From Takakia lepidozioides (lineage: Eukaryota > Plantae > Bryophyta), in the NCBI GenBank assembly GCA_030704615.1, contig CM060733.1, positions 45,694,001-45,758,000 of the forward strand: 64,000 nt of DNA. The letters run 5' to 3'. Positions 1 through 12,197 of the stretch are shown here, piece by piece (position 1 is the first letter of the stretch; every line of letters begins with the position of its first letter). The position numbers and the translations under genes are program-made. The notes under the pieces were generated by a model. That model searched no databases. It was given only the letters and a program-made list of their open reading frames with translations, and was not told the origin of the DNA.

Positions 1-43
1 CCGTGAGAGGGTCTGCAAATGGACAAATTGCGATGTCCGTTCT

Positions 44-432
44 GGAAATGCGGCGCCGCATTTCCATGTCCGTCATCGACTTTTTTTTTACAATGGAATG
101 CGGTGCCAATTTTTGCTGATGGGCCTGCAGTTCGAACAACGACCATCCCCAATATGGAAATGCGGCACCGCATTTCCAATTCCGCCATCTCGACCTCCTT
201 GTTCGACCTCTGTAAGCGTGGTGGCATCCATGCAATGAGCGGGAGAGGCCAAAACTGGTGTGGACAAAGGAAATTTTGGAAATGCGGCACCGCATTTCCA
301 ATCGATTACTTTTTACTATGCCAACATTGAAATGGAAAATTTAGTCCCTCCCCTGTTTTGGAAATGCGGTGCCGCATTTCCAAAAGAGGTTTTTAGAGTT
401 GCCAAAATTTTGGAAATGCGGTGCCCCATTTC
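44..432. repeat. Left cluster of GGAAATGCGG-YR-CCGCATTTCC palindromes
   Basis: Copies at 44, 156, 278, 360 (extended TTTTGG...CCAAAA arms) and a degenerate copy at ~412. Confidence 0.9.
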
Positions 433-569
433 TGATTTTGGGAGCGTCGTGGTTTGGGCGATTGTGTGGCTGGAATGCACACTGGAGAGGGGTCACGAAT
501 GTCGGGCAGAATTTCCTTTATATACTCTGGAAGAGAATTTACATTTACAGAGACTTCATTAAAATTCTA

Positions 570-3500
570 TTAATCTTGAAAATCATCCGAATCCTCATCC
601 TGTTCTAGACTGTCCTGCTCCGCCTCCACCCCCTCAGTGCCTTTCTCATCTCCAGCGGACTGCTCGTTGGCCAGGCTTTCGAAAATCCCATCTTCCCCTT
701 GCGGAACTGTCCATCTCACCTCCGTTGGGTCGTCTTCCTCCCTGTCTGCGTCGCTCTCATCCGCTGAATCACATATGTACTTTCGTACCCGTCTACCTGT
801 CTGAGCTGCTGCCAACTCTTTCCTTATCCTTCTGTCCTCCCTAGCCCTCTCCAAAATCTGCTCTACTTTACTGGGATTCTCACTTCTTCTAATCGCTGTA
901 TTTGCGAGTTTAGCTGCATAACTAGGAAGGGAGTAGTCCCTCACCGGGCTCGTCATGAAGTCGGCCCTCGCAAGAACGGGACATTCTTCCTGGCAGGAAG
1001 TGTAGGCCCTACATGTTTCGACCCGGACCCTGCAATCCTGCACATGACAATCATCAACGAGACTAATGAGAACCACAGTCGGGAAATTCGTTTGACAAAA
1101 ATGACCCAGAAGGCTTTGCAAACTTACAATGTTTGCACTCACTCGTATTCCGGGTTCTCCTCCGCATCAATGTCCACTGTGTCTTCCTCGGACTCCGACG
1201 AATCCGAGGAGACTTCCGCTCTGTTGGGAGCCTTAACATTCCGTTGCAGCCCTTCCAGATGGGATCCCCACACGGATGAATCCTCCTCGTAGGCAAAGAG
1301 GTGCCGGTCGGAAAACCGCCCAGCCCACATTGAGGCACCTGTTACAATGCCATCCACACATTACCACATGGCGCTTCAGATGTTGCGAACTACATCCTAA
1401 CGAGAATTTGCAGAACAGCATAGATCAAGATTCTGCATACCTGTCCCACAGATGAGGTCGAGCACTGTGCCCTCCACGTCTGTGCATGTCTCCATAATTG
1501 TCTGAATGAAGGCAGGGCTCCGAGTCCGTGAGTACCGCAGGGGTTCCGTTGAAGTGAGGCTATGAGGGAGAAGTTCCTTGGGAACGTTGTTGAACAGAAC
1601 GTCGTAATCGAGGGGGTCGCAGTTCGGGTCAACCTTTCCTCCCTCCTTCCGGAAAGCAAAGGTGGAGTTCTCCTTCACAAAGCAGTATGCATCGAACTGC
1701 TTCGTCTGCATACACAGGGGGAACGATTAGAAACCGAATGCGGCACCGCATTTGAAAACACCCAAGCAAATGAATGGACGAGTGCCAGTGTCGTAATCAC
1801 CTTCTTCCCTTCCGACCGAAGGCCCAGTGTGTTGATGCACGTCCACTTCTTTTTCAGAATCGGGACGGCGCTCTTGCGGGTCCACTTCGCAATTCCTGTC
1901 TGAGTGTTTTTTCCTCTGCTCGCCAGGACAACCACACAGCCTCTGTCGTCCAACACCATGCGGGCAAGCCCGAATCCTTTCTTCCAAAAGTCCTCCGAGT
2001 ACCTGTTCCAAGATGGCAAAGCTTGCAGTCCTTCCACAGGCTCTCCGTCCGGAATATCCAAGATGATCATATCGCAAGACCACTCGGTGGCATTTCCGCC
2101 CCTCCTACAATCCTTGTCTGCACACACCCTCTCAAAGAACGAGACCATATTCTGAAATCCTGGGGTGTCGGAAGGCTCTTCGGCAGTCGCCTTCTTCAGT
2201 GCTCTGCCCTTCAGACCCTCCATGGTCTTCATGTATGCCAACTTGGCTGCCCGTCCATCCAAAGCCGCCAAGAAACTCTCATTTACACACTGGACTACTG
2301 TTTCGGGAGCCACTTTCGGCCTCTTCATTTCCACCGGCTCGAAAGGGTGCCCCCCTGGGGGGTTGAAGAGTGCCTTCTTTGCCGAGCCAGTTCTCGTGCC
2401 TCTCGTGACAACGGTGGGCACAGGGGAGGCAGCCTGCGTTTGGGGGGGTGGGCTGGTTGCAAAGTCTCCATCGGAGTCCTCTTCCTCACCCTCTTCCTGA
2501 ACAGGCTGTTTCTGCTTCTTCGTTTTTGGCGGGTGTCACAACAGCTGCTCCTTGCTGGCGAGTCCTCTTCTTCGACCCCTTCTGTTGGGCCTGCACAGCT
2601 GCATCCACCGTCTTTTGTGCCATCTCAGCTGCCTTTCTGGATTCTTCCAGAGCAGCAGATTCCTTTGCCGACTTTGGCCCAGCAGGGACACGTCTTTCCT
2701 TTCTCTTCTCTTCTGCCAAGGCGTGCAGATCTTTCTCAGACTCGTCAACAATACCGCCAGACATGTCCAGGTACCACGGGCATCCAACGAGATGCGCGGG
2801 ATGCCATTGTTTCTGCATCGGGTGTGTAGACACAGCTTGGGCCCGCCACGGTCCAAGCCATGAAGAACGGGGGCTCTTGAGCCAGGGCCCCTGTCTGAAG
2901 GAGCACGTATTTCATATACCTGCAAGGCAGTCAGCATGCGTGAGCAAAGAGACCAACCTACTCGCAGAGTGCCACCGAAAACATAAAATGCGAATGCGGT
3001 GCCGCATTTCCGAGACAAACCTCGTAACCAGGCTTCGCATACAAGGGCAGCTGTGCTTCACCTGTAAACAATTCGCATTGCAGCTTTCCCCGCTCCCTCC
3101 TGATGTGTAAACTCCACGCTCCTTCTTGCTGTCTGTAGCTCTCTGGCGAAAAGGTTGTCCTTGTACGCACATCTGAAACGTGTCACGTAGTCTTCCAATG
3201 TCTGTGTCCATCCCATTTGACGTACAAGCCGAACGAATTGTGTGCATTACGACTTGCTCCTTCGCATTCGACATTACCTGCGATTCCCAAATGCATTGTC
3301 ACGTAGCAGTTCAGGGAATTCATTCAGAAAAGCAAATCTGGGGAAGTACCTTGAATTACCTGGAACCACCAAGTCATGCGGTTGAGCCACACATCCACTG
3401 CAGGGTCGGAAACTTCAGTGGAAAAGACCACATTGTCCTTATGCTCTCGGATGCATTCCAGATCGACAGCCACCGTGTCTGCCATTTCCGATCCAATGTC

Positions 3501-5746
3501 AGGAGCTGGAAGAGAGTGGCTATTGCTAGGAAGGAACTTCAGTGCATTGAAACCTCACCTTCTCTTTCGCCTCACACATGCCGTTGAGAGGTGATGCAGT
3601 TTCTCCAATTGCATGGTCGGCTGCATGGCCCGAGAATAGTGTTTTGCAATCTCGGGGATGAAGTCCTTTCCAAGTGCCGGATCTGCAATTGCCACCAGCT
3701 TCACAAGCTTTGACTTGTATTTGGTTCTGGACTTGACACCGGCTTCCTTCAAGTGCTCAGTCAATGACTGCAACGTTTTGACCTGCCCCTCACTTTCCAT
3801 GAAGAAGCGTTTGGCATGGGCCAAATCCAGCTTGATGTTTGACTGCCAACAAAAACATGCAGAAGCGTTACATTCGATTCATGTGGAAAGATTACTGGAA
3901 ATTGGGGAAGGATGAGCAGAGGGAAATTGGAGGACGACTTACTTCGTATATCACCTCCACCATTCCATCCATAGTGAGACGATACCATGTCCGGTCTGTT
4001 TTTGCAACGGCTTTCTGAATGAGCTCGGGCTCCAGCATTTCCGCAAACATCTGCGGATCAGTGAGACCAGTTTTCCTCACCCTGTACAGCATATGTGCCA
4101 TGTGGGTATGCACGTACGCATTCTCAGTGACCCTGCAAGGCACACTCTCCAGTTCAGTACACGGAAGCACGGAAACAAACCGAAATGCGGCACCGCATTT
4201 CGAATGCTAGGGAGGGTATGAGTATCTTACGAGTTGAGGTCCGCCATGGCATTCTTGAGCAGGGAGGAGTCTGCCGCCTTCACCTTGAGGATGACACACT
4301 CCACCATGTAATGCCAGCCAATGTGCTTGGCATGGTTCTGCTTGATGTACTCCCACCAGGCGAGAAGTCGGTGATTCCCGTCCCACACAAAGAACATTTT
4401 ACCCGACATATGGCCGAAGTCTGGATCACCCTTCAGCGTCGCCTCGAATTCGTCGTTGCGAGTGTGCCAGTGGGTATCCCACGTTGACAATTCATCGGCA
4501 GTGGGTCCACGAGTTTCGCCGTCCTCATTCTCAATGGAAAACGTAAAACGCTGCCGATCCCAGACGGTACCCTTCTCGAAATGCGAACTTGAGCTTATCC
4601 ACATCTCCGGGAAGGGCCTGCCTGACGATGGGAAGGGAGACCATGCGACAGAGTGGGATTCGAAGAGTCCGCTGGAATACCCTGCTGCCCAGAACTCTGC
4701 CAATGCTACTGTGTGTCTCCTCCAACATTTTATCCGCTGCACTTTTGAAATCCTCCGGAGACATGTCTGTAGGTGCCGGTAGTGGCTGAGCAGCTGGAGC
4801 ATCCTCAACTGGAGCTGCACTCTGGGGCCTGTTGCGGGCAATTCTGCCATTGCAGAGGCCTCCTCCGGGCCTGCTTGCTCATCGGTGGTGAGGTCTTGCT
4901 GCGAACGTTCAGCGGCAGCACCCTCCTCCGGTACCAAAATCAACGGTCGATCCCATTGCCTTCGCTGCAGCAGAGTCGGCCCCAACATCTGCAGGCGGGA
5001 AATCCTCCAGGAACTGAGCTTCAGCTCGTGGAAGCGGGTTTTGCGGGAGATTGTTCGGCCGTCGCCTGATTGCCTTCTGCTTCCTCATCCTTGCAGGTGA
5101 AGGTGTCTGCTGCAATTGAATCTGTCTTTTACCCTGCTGCTTCATTCGCGTTGGGGGGGTGAATCGGCCTGAGCCGGTTCAGAAACCAGTAGAGGGACGG
5201 GCTGCTTCTTCTTCGACTTTGCTGGAGAAGGGCCCGACCCCTGCTGGCGATTCTCCATGACCGAAGAACGCGAGTCGATCTCTGGGCTTTGAACTTGCCC
5301 TTCGAAGACGCGTCTTTGAATCGCACAGGGCTAGGCCCGGCAGGAATACCCGCGCTCGGGGATCGGGTGGGTGTACGTGCTGCAGCTAGCTCCTCGGACT
5401 CTTCCTGCGGCTCTTCGGATTCCTGCGATCCCTCCAGCACGTCCACCTTTCCTGTTAGGCATGCAAACATGTTCTGCATTCAAGTCTCCCTAGCATTCAG
5501 TCTAAGAATTACAGAAGCAAAATGGGGGGTTCGGTGCTCGATCAGCTGCGCGCAGCCCGATCGCATGGAGCTCTCACTGGTGGCTGGGTTGCCTGAGTGG
5601 CCTGCTGCTCGGAGATGGCAATCTCCTCCTGTAGACGCATCTGCTTCCTCCCCTTCGGCATTGGCCTACGTCCGAAGTATAATTTTCGGAGCTTGCGACG
5701 AGGTCTCTGTCTGGTGCACGAACTCCCCCCTCTCAGGTTCGAGCAT
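570..5746 (-). CDS. Spliced ParB/Srx-fold + beta-class DNA amino-methyltransferase fusion protein, frameshifted as assembled; start approximate
   Basis: ParB-like: IPLCRMVSLPIVRQALPGDVDKLKFAFREGY...FFVWDGNHRLLAW (~4340-4670). MTase: motif IV-like DMIILDIPDG (~2045-2075), SPAFIQTIMETCTDVEGTVLDLICGT|GASMWAG (motif X/I across an intron), RHLFAYEED (motif II). GT-AG introns restoring frame at 1030-1142, 1339-1440, 1706-1800, 2920-3020 and 4133-4230; a further probable intron at ~3278-3359. Confidence 0.75.
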
Positions 5747-6089
5747 AAGAAGAACAGAGAGAGGGAAAAGGGGCAAAGAGTGCAGATGGAAAGGGCGCGA
5801 GAGGGGTGACTGAGGAGACACGACAAAAGTAGATGAAACGGCGGTGATGCACCACTTGGGTTCGAAAGGTTGGACGAAAGTGTCTCCTCGTGGGTTTTGC
5901 GTCATTACGAAATTCGAATCGTTGAGGGTACGCCTGCCGTCCGAAAACAAACATCATTATCCAACGGTCAGGCCGCGCCGCCTCATGCCCCTTCAGTCAG
6001 ATAGAGTGCCGACATGTGCAGCAATTCCGTTGCTCCACGTGTTCACATTTCAAGGCATTTCCGTCCCAGCGTCTGATGAGTTGGAGCGA

Positions 6090-7350
6090 AAATGCGAATG
6101 CGGCGCCGCATTTCCGTTAAGTACCATCACGAAGCTACACATCCGTACTTGTTGGAAGAAAATGCGGCACCGCATTTCCGTTCCACCTTCACATACCTTA
6201 GTTGTTGAACGGAAATACGGTGCCGCATTTCCGTCCCACAGCTCCATGTATGAGATCAAAAGGGAAATGCGGCGCCGCATTTCCGTTCTGGAATGTCGAA
6301 AGGTGCGATTCGGACGGAAATGAGGCACAACATTTCAGTTCCCGTGGTTCATGATTTTCAATGTGAACGGAAATGCGGTACCGCATTTCCGTTCCCCCTT
6401 CACATATGATGAACGGAAATGCCGTGCCATTTCCGTTCGGGAAAGTATAGAGGTCTCACCTGAAATGCGGTGCCGCATTTCCGGTCTGGAAAGTTTGAAG
6501 GTCTCACATGGATGGAAATGCGGCACACATTTCCGTCAGCTCCATCATATACAAAACGGAAATGCGGCGCCGCATTTCCGTTCTAGAATGTCGGAAGGTG
6601 CGACTCGGACGGAAATGCGGTGCCGCATTTGTTCCGTTGTTCACGATTTTCAGTCAGAACGGAAATGCGGTACCGCATTTCCGTTCTGGCGGAAATGCGG
6701 TGCCGCATTTTCGTTTCCTGAACGGAAATGCGGCGCCGCATTTCCCAGTATGCGGTACCGCATTTCCGTTCCCAAATCGCACTCGGCTCCATGCATCAGA
6801 TACAAAATGGAAATGCGGCGCCGCATTTCCGTTTGGAATGTCGAAAAGTGCGACTCGGACGGAAATGCGGTGCCGCATTTCTGTTCCCGTTGTTCATAAT
6901 TCTCAATCAGAACGGAAATGCGGTACCGCATTTCCGTTCCACCTTCACATACCGTGCTTGTTGAATGGAAATGCGGTACCGCATTTCCGTTCTGAGAGTA
7001 TGAATGTCTTTTTGCTGCAGCATTTCTATCCCTCAGCTCCATGCATCAGATACAAAATGGAAATGCGGCGCCGCATTTCCGTTCTGGAATGTCGAAAAGT
7101 GCGACTCGGACGGAAATGCGGTGCCGCATTTCTGTTCCCGTTGTTCATAATCTCAATCAGAACGGAAATGCCGCATTTCCGTTCCACCTTCACATACCGT
7201 GCTTGCTGGATGGAAATGCGTTACCGCATTTCCGTTCTGGAGAGTATAAAGGTTTCCCCGGACGGAAACTCGGTGCCGCCGGTCCACATTTCCGTCGCTC
7301 TGGTGCATGACCAAGATGCAATACGGAAATGCGGCGCCGTATTTCCGTCC
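6090..7350. repeat. Array of ~25 palindromic 22-24-bp repeats with ~52-53-bp periodicity and a higher-order ~250-300-bp unit
   Basis: Copies at about 6158, 6210, 6262, 6315, 6368; 6809, 6860, 6913, 6967; 7059, 7111, 7163. The spacers recur, e.g. TTCTGGAATGTCG(A/G)AAGGTGCGA at ~6285, 6581, 6832, 7082. Confidence 0.95.
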
Positions 7351-7710
7351 ACCAGCAATCGAAAGAATCACTCGGACGGGAAATCTGGAACCTGAATGGG
7401 TTGCATTGTTCCGAAACAACACAATTGCGGCCAGTCTTGATGAGCACAACTTGGTTGTCTGACCGTTTTAACTAACAGTACTGGCACTTGTCAGTGCGAA
7501 CGTTCCTGTCTGCACCGAGAATACTGCTGGATCCACCCTCAGGAGAAACTGTCAGGAGATGTTATTTCGTCGCCGAATCGGCCATCATTGTCATACTTAC
7601 TGGCTATGGAATCACACCTCCCACCTTCATGCATGTAGCTTGAAACAATACTTTCCACTTCAATGTGCGACTTCCAATCGTCGATGGACTCCGCATGGTG
7701 CCTGTGAGCC

Positions 7711-10700
7711 TTGGTCTGTCGCTATACTGAACCTCGCACTTGCCAACTTCGTGCGGTGTTCGATGGCTCCGAATTCCTACGCTATAGTTTGCTGTCCTCC
7801 GCAACTTGGGAGAGCCTGGATCCCAAACGAGGAGGACTTTGCAGAGTGACTGAAACTTACCTTTGTTCCAAATTCAAGCTCAAACCGGGCACAGTTTATT
7901 TGGAAGAAGAAAGGAAGGATGTTCCTGGACAGGTTGACGAGACCATTGTCGTGCTAGGTAACGACGGAGGTTGCGGAATCGAATGGCACGTACCCCCATC
8001 AGACACCATCCTGTACCGAGCTGTGGGAATGCCCATTCCCTTTCCGAATCAGTCGCTGCCCACACCATCCACAAAGGAGTCCGGAAACCGACAGGCGGCC
8101 ACTGCCAACAGAGAGGTATGCAACGATAATCATTCCCGACCTGGACCGTCAAGACCCTCCATAGCTTCTCGTGTGGACGTATTCGACATTTCCGACGAGG
8201 AAGATGATTGCATTGAGGTACCCATGTCCTCCACACGGTCGTTCAAATCCGGCATGGACGTCTCTGTAGGTGCTACGCATGTGCCCTCGAGCATAACTCC
8301 AACCCGGTCCATTGTGCAGCTCCTACGACAACATCACCTCGATGGTTCTCGCTCCGAGCTGGCTGCTCTCGACTATGCCAAATTCCCAGTCAGAAAGGTA
8401 ACGTTTCTGCCTCCCGAAGTCGATGGCAATGTCATCTTCGAGTTTCCACCTGTTTCTTCGTCAAACAAAGCCTCCGGGATGTTAACAGACATGGATCGAA
8501 AGCATGACGGACACCCCTGGTGTGTGACGAAGACCAGTAGCACGAAAATTGCTGATGGTGTTCGTGTACGATATGTCCTCTGTGCGGGGAAGCTGAGGTG
8601 CCTCAATCCCACCTGCTTCCACTTTCTCTCCAAAGGAGGGCGGGAGAAACGAGACGGATTGGACTGGCACAACGCATCATCCATTCATTGTCTCCAGCCA
8701 AGCTCCTGCGGGTTCTTTCAAGTGTGCACATTGCAAAGAACCACCGACGTGCATGTCCATGTGCAGAGCCAAGCAATATTACGTAATCCATTTGCTCCCG
8801 GACTTGACTAGAGCTTGCATACACGTTGGGGTCCACTGCCACCCCTTGGCGAGAGGCAACATGCGTGAGGCTGTGCAGGAAGCACACGACATCATAAAAG
8901 AGGAGGTGAAATTGAGCCCCGGAGCCAGACCAAAGCAGATTCAGCTGAAGGCAGCCCACAAGATTGCTCTTGGCAAAATCATGTCTGAAGATGGTTCCGA
9001 CCGAGAGCCCTTGACCGAAGACGAGATGCGTGACCTCTTGGAGTCCGTCTCGCACGTTTGTAGTCCGAATGTGCGGAATCACATCGTATCTTGCAAGCAG
9101 GAGTTCGGCAGGGGGTCGGACATGTACTCAATCCTGGAGGTGAAACGAATGACTGGATATGACTACATCCAAGGTAGCAGGTTTCCAGGGCAAGGCAGCG
9201 AATCCGATCGTTGTTACATTTTCAAAATGTCGACGTGTGGGCCTGGGAGTGGAGTCGACTTGGTCACTCGCATGACAACTGGAAACTTGTCGAATGCTTG
9301 GGTGATGTTTGATCACATCAAGCGAATTACAAACCATCAGTGGGTGACTATGGGTGCGCATGTTTATGACTATCACTCCAAGAGGCTCATGACGATTGCA
9401 ATCTGCGAGATGAAAGGGGAGGACACACAGTCCGAGATGCATCTGTGGGAGGGCATAAACGAGCAGATGGCAAGGGCGGGATTGCCAGAGCCCAATTTCA
9501 GGGGATTCATGGCAGACAACGCTCAGGCCAACTGGGCAGCGGTGCGGCGTGTGTACGGTGAGGACCCCAATGTTCCAATGGAGGGGAAAGAGAGATCCTG
9601 TGGATTCCATTGGATGCAGAGTCTATCCACTACACTACCAAATTTGTTGCTAGCTCATTCCAGGCTGAACACCGTGTCCTTTGTACGGCGTGGAAGGATG
9701 CACCCACATTTGATGACGCGGAGGTTAAGTTTGCTATCATCGAGGCTTGGTGGAACACGTCAGGTGCAGTGGAGACAACCAATCTGGGAGCATTGCACAG
9801 CTGGTTGGGGTGGTGGCATTTTCGGTATCGACAGTTCGGACAGTACATGCGGGAGGTAGGCTGCTGTCATTTTCGTTCATTTGTCTTTCTGTTACGGACA
9901 TTTCGATTGGTCCCTCACCATTGTTTGTGTCCTTCTAGGAGCGGTGCTTGGATTCCGACACGGACATGCCGAACACGAATATGGCAGAATCGGTCCACTC
10001 CTCCTGGCGAGCGTCTTCTGCCGCACATCTGGTGGACGTAGTGACGGCCACAACGGAGGACATCGACAGAGCAATCATGCAGCAAGCCACACGTACTACA
10101 AGTTCCTGAGCGGCAAACAATGGGGCTTTGGGCCGGACAGGGAGGAATTGTTGGTACGAACAGCTTCGAGGTCCAAGAATCCACTGAAATGGGCGACAAC
10201 ATTGCGAGAGAAGATCAAAGGGACGCCTCTGCACCGCAGAGGTGAACACCTAGAGGGGGACGTCCGGACTCGCCCTGTGAGGCGGAGGATTGAAGAGGAA
10301 CCCGGGTGCGAAGAGGATTCCTGGAGATCCGACAGGAACATTCGGACAGCACCTCGAGGTCCCGTCATGTTGCCGCACAATGTGTCTTCCAGCAGTGGAA
10401 GCCCAAGAAATTCCAGATCGCCGTCGCCTTCAACGGGGATTTCGTGCGAGAAATTCCCACCGCTCCCTTGCCCCAGATTCCGCCCGCTGTTATGCAGTAT
10501 GGCCAAGCCATTGTGGAGACGACTGTGTCTGCATCACAGTGGAGAATTGCTCGCACAAAGCCGTCGTTTCGAGGAAGGTGTTCCGCAATTCGTGTGGATA
10601 CACGGCAACGTTGTTTAGAGATGATAAGGAGGAATCCAGATGGGGCTGTCCCTGCTCCTACTTTTACAGGAAGATTTGTCCATGCAAAGTTTGCGGAGGC

Positions 10701-11369
10701 GACAACCACCCAGTTCTGGTTCTGCAGGCACGACATTATGACTTGCGTGTATGGAAAGCCCAAGTACGGCATACAAACAATGCCAGAGGCTCCCCCGGTG
10801 TGGCCGGTGGAACCAGGCTGCGATCTGAGTCAGGTTGAGGCCGACGCCCTTACCGCCGCAGGATTTCGGATGGTGCAGCGCACTGACGTCCCCAGACAAC
10901 CATTTCCGCTTCCACAGCCTCCACCACCGACCCTGTGAGAGCAAGAACAATGGGACACGACAGCTCTAAGCATCCTACACACCGTTGGGGGAAACCGAAG
11001 AGGCGGCGACCTCCCTCAAAAGTGAACGAGACAAGGATGGGGAATGCACTTCGGATGAACTGTACAATCCAGAGCTCGACAGAAGTGCCCCCACCAGGAT
11101 TCGGGCGTGTGTATCAGATGGCCACGGCGGGCTCAGCTGTTCGCAATGAGGTGTACACCATCACCATTTCAGAATTACCCACCTGCAATTGCACCGACTT
11201 CCAGATCATGGCGAACAAGGGGGCATCATACTGCCCTTGCAAGCATTTGTACTACGTGTACCTAAAGAGACTCCGTTGTAATTCCACAACTCATCACTTC
11301 ATACATGCACCAGGGTTGAGCCCCCAGGAGGTTCACACTCTTCTGAATATGGATCCAGGGGACCAGTGA
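7711..11369 (+). CDS. MULE-type transposase with N-terminal GCM-like Zn domain and C-terminal SWIM finger, frameshifted as assembled; start approximate
   Basis: GCM-like HPW..T...CAGKLRC.N..C...CAHC...C...IHVGVHCHP. Candidate catalytic triad VMFDH / FMADN / (C.FH) / TNMAES, the last after intron 9856-9938. SWIM YTITISELPTCNCTDF...CPCKHLYYV. Confidence 0.85.
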
Positions 11370-12144
11370 GCTTGGCTTGCGGTCCCAATACAATGGTACG
11401 CCCATCCTTTTCGGATAGTAGAACTGTACTGCTGCCAGTACCTCAGACTCTGGCCACAGAAAGGTCCGACATATGTCTTGCCTACCAGTAACCTGTTTTG
11501 CTCGAACTAAGATATTACTATATCGTTCACTTGTTTCCACGTGCATGTATTTTTGTATGTTGGAGGGTTCATGTTTTTCTGCTTTCCGAAAACTTGCTTT
11601 CCTCATTCGACCTCCGACAAGGAAATGCGGCGCCGCATTTCCAAGTATCGTCGTAGGTACTGGTAGAGGCGGCCTTCGCCAACACCAAACCGCTCCGAAA
11701 TTTCGCACGTGCGAACCCTAATGCGGCACCTTATTTCCCAGTTCAGTTGCAAACCTTTCCGCCGAATACCCGAAGAAGACAGAATGTGAAGTACTGCAGA
11801 CTCTATTGGTGCAGACTCCATTGGTTCAATCGCGGCAAAAGGGTCAGCTTCATTCCAATGTTAAGGCATGTAAAACCGCGGAATACTCTATACAGGCCAG
11901 TATGCGACGTCCTTTTGCAGTGGTATACTGGATTTCCCGTTGCACGGTCACTTATTTCCATGAGCGGATCTAAAAAACCATGAGCGGACTTGTTATTGAC
12001 GACATATCTTCGCCGCATTACATGATCTGGAACGTCCAAAAACGGCAAGGTCAAATAAAAAACTATTATTTTAATACTTGTTTAATCTGCCGCATTTCCA
12101 AATTTGGAGGAGTCCGCTCATGAAATCCGCGTATCTTAGACTTC

Positions 12145-12197
12145 GGCTCATGCGGCTCATGTGGCTCATGGCTCATGGCTCATGGTTTCTGCTCATG
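12145..12197. repeat. Short GGCTCATG tandem repeats, possibly subterminal
   Basis: cggctcatgcggctcatgtggctcatggctcatggctcatgg. Confidence 0.6.

Noticed and set aside
570-5746. Bacterial or phage contamination as the source of the ParB-MTase
   Set aside because: Multiple frame-restoring GT-AG introns and contiguity with plant genes.
6090-7350. CRISPR array (palindromic ~24-bp repeats with ~30-bp spacers)
   Set aside because: The spacers recur in a higher-order unit, no cas genes were seen, the context is eukaryotic and the repeat also occurs singly in introns.
5844-7449. ORFs with KCGAAFP / MRRRIS / NAAPHF motifs (also 19-608)
   Set aside because: Six-frame translations of the palindrome, not real proteins.
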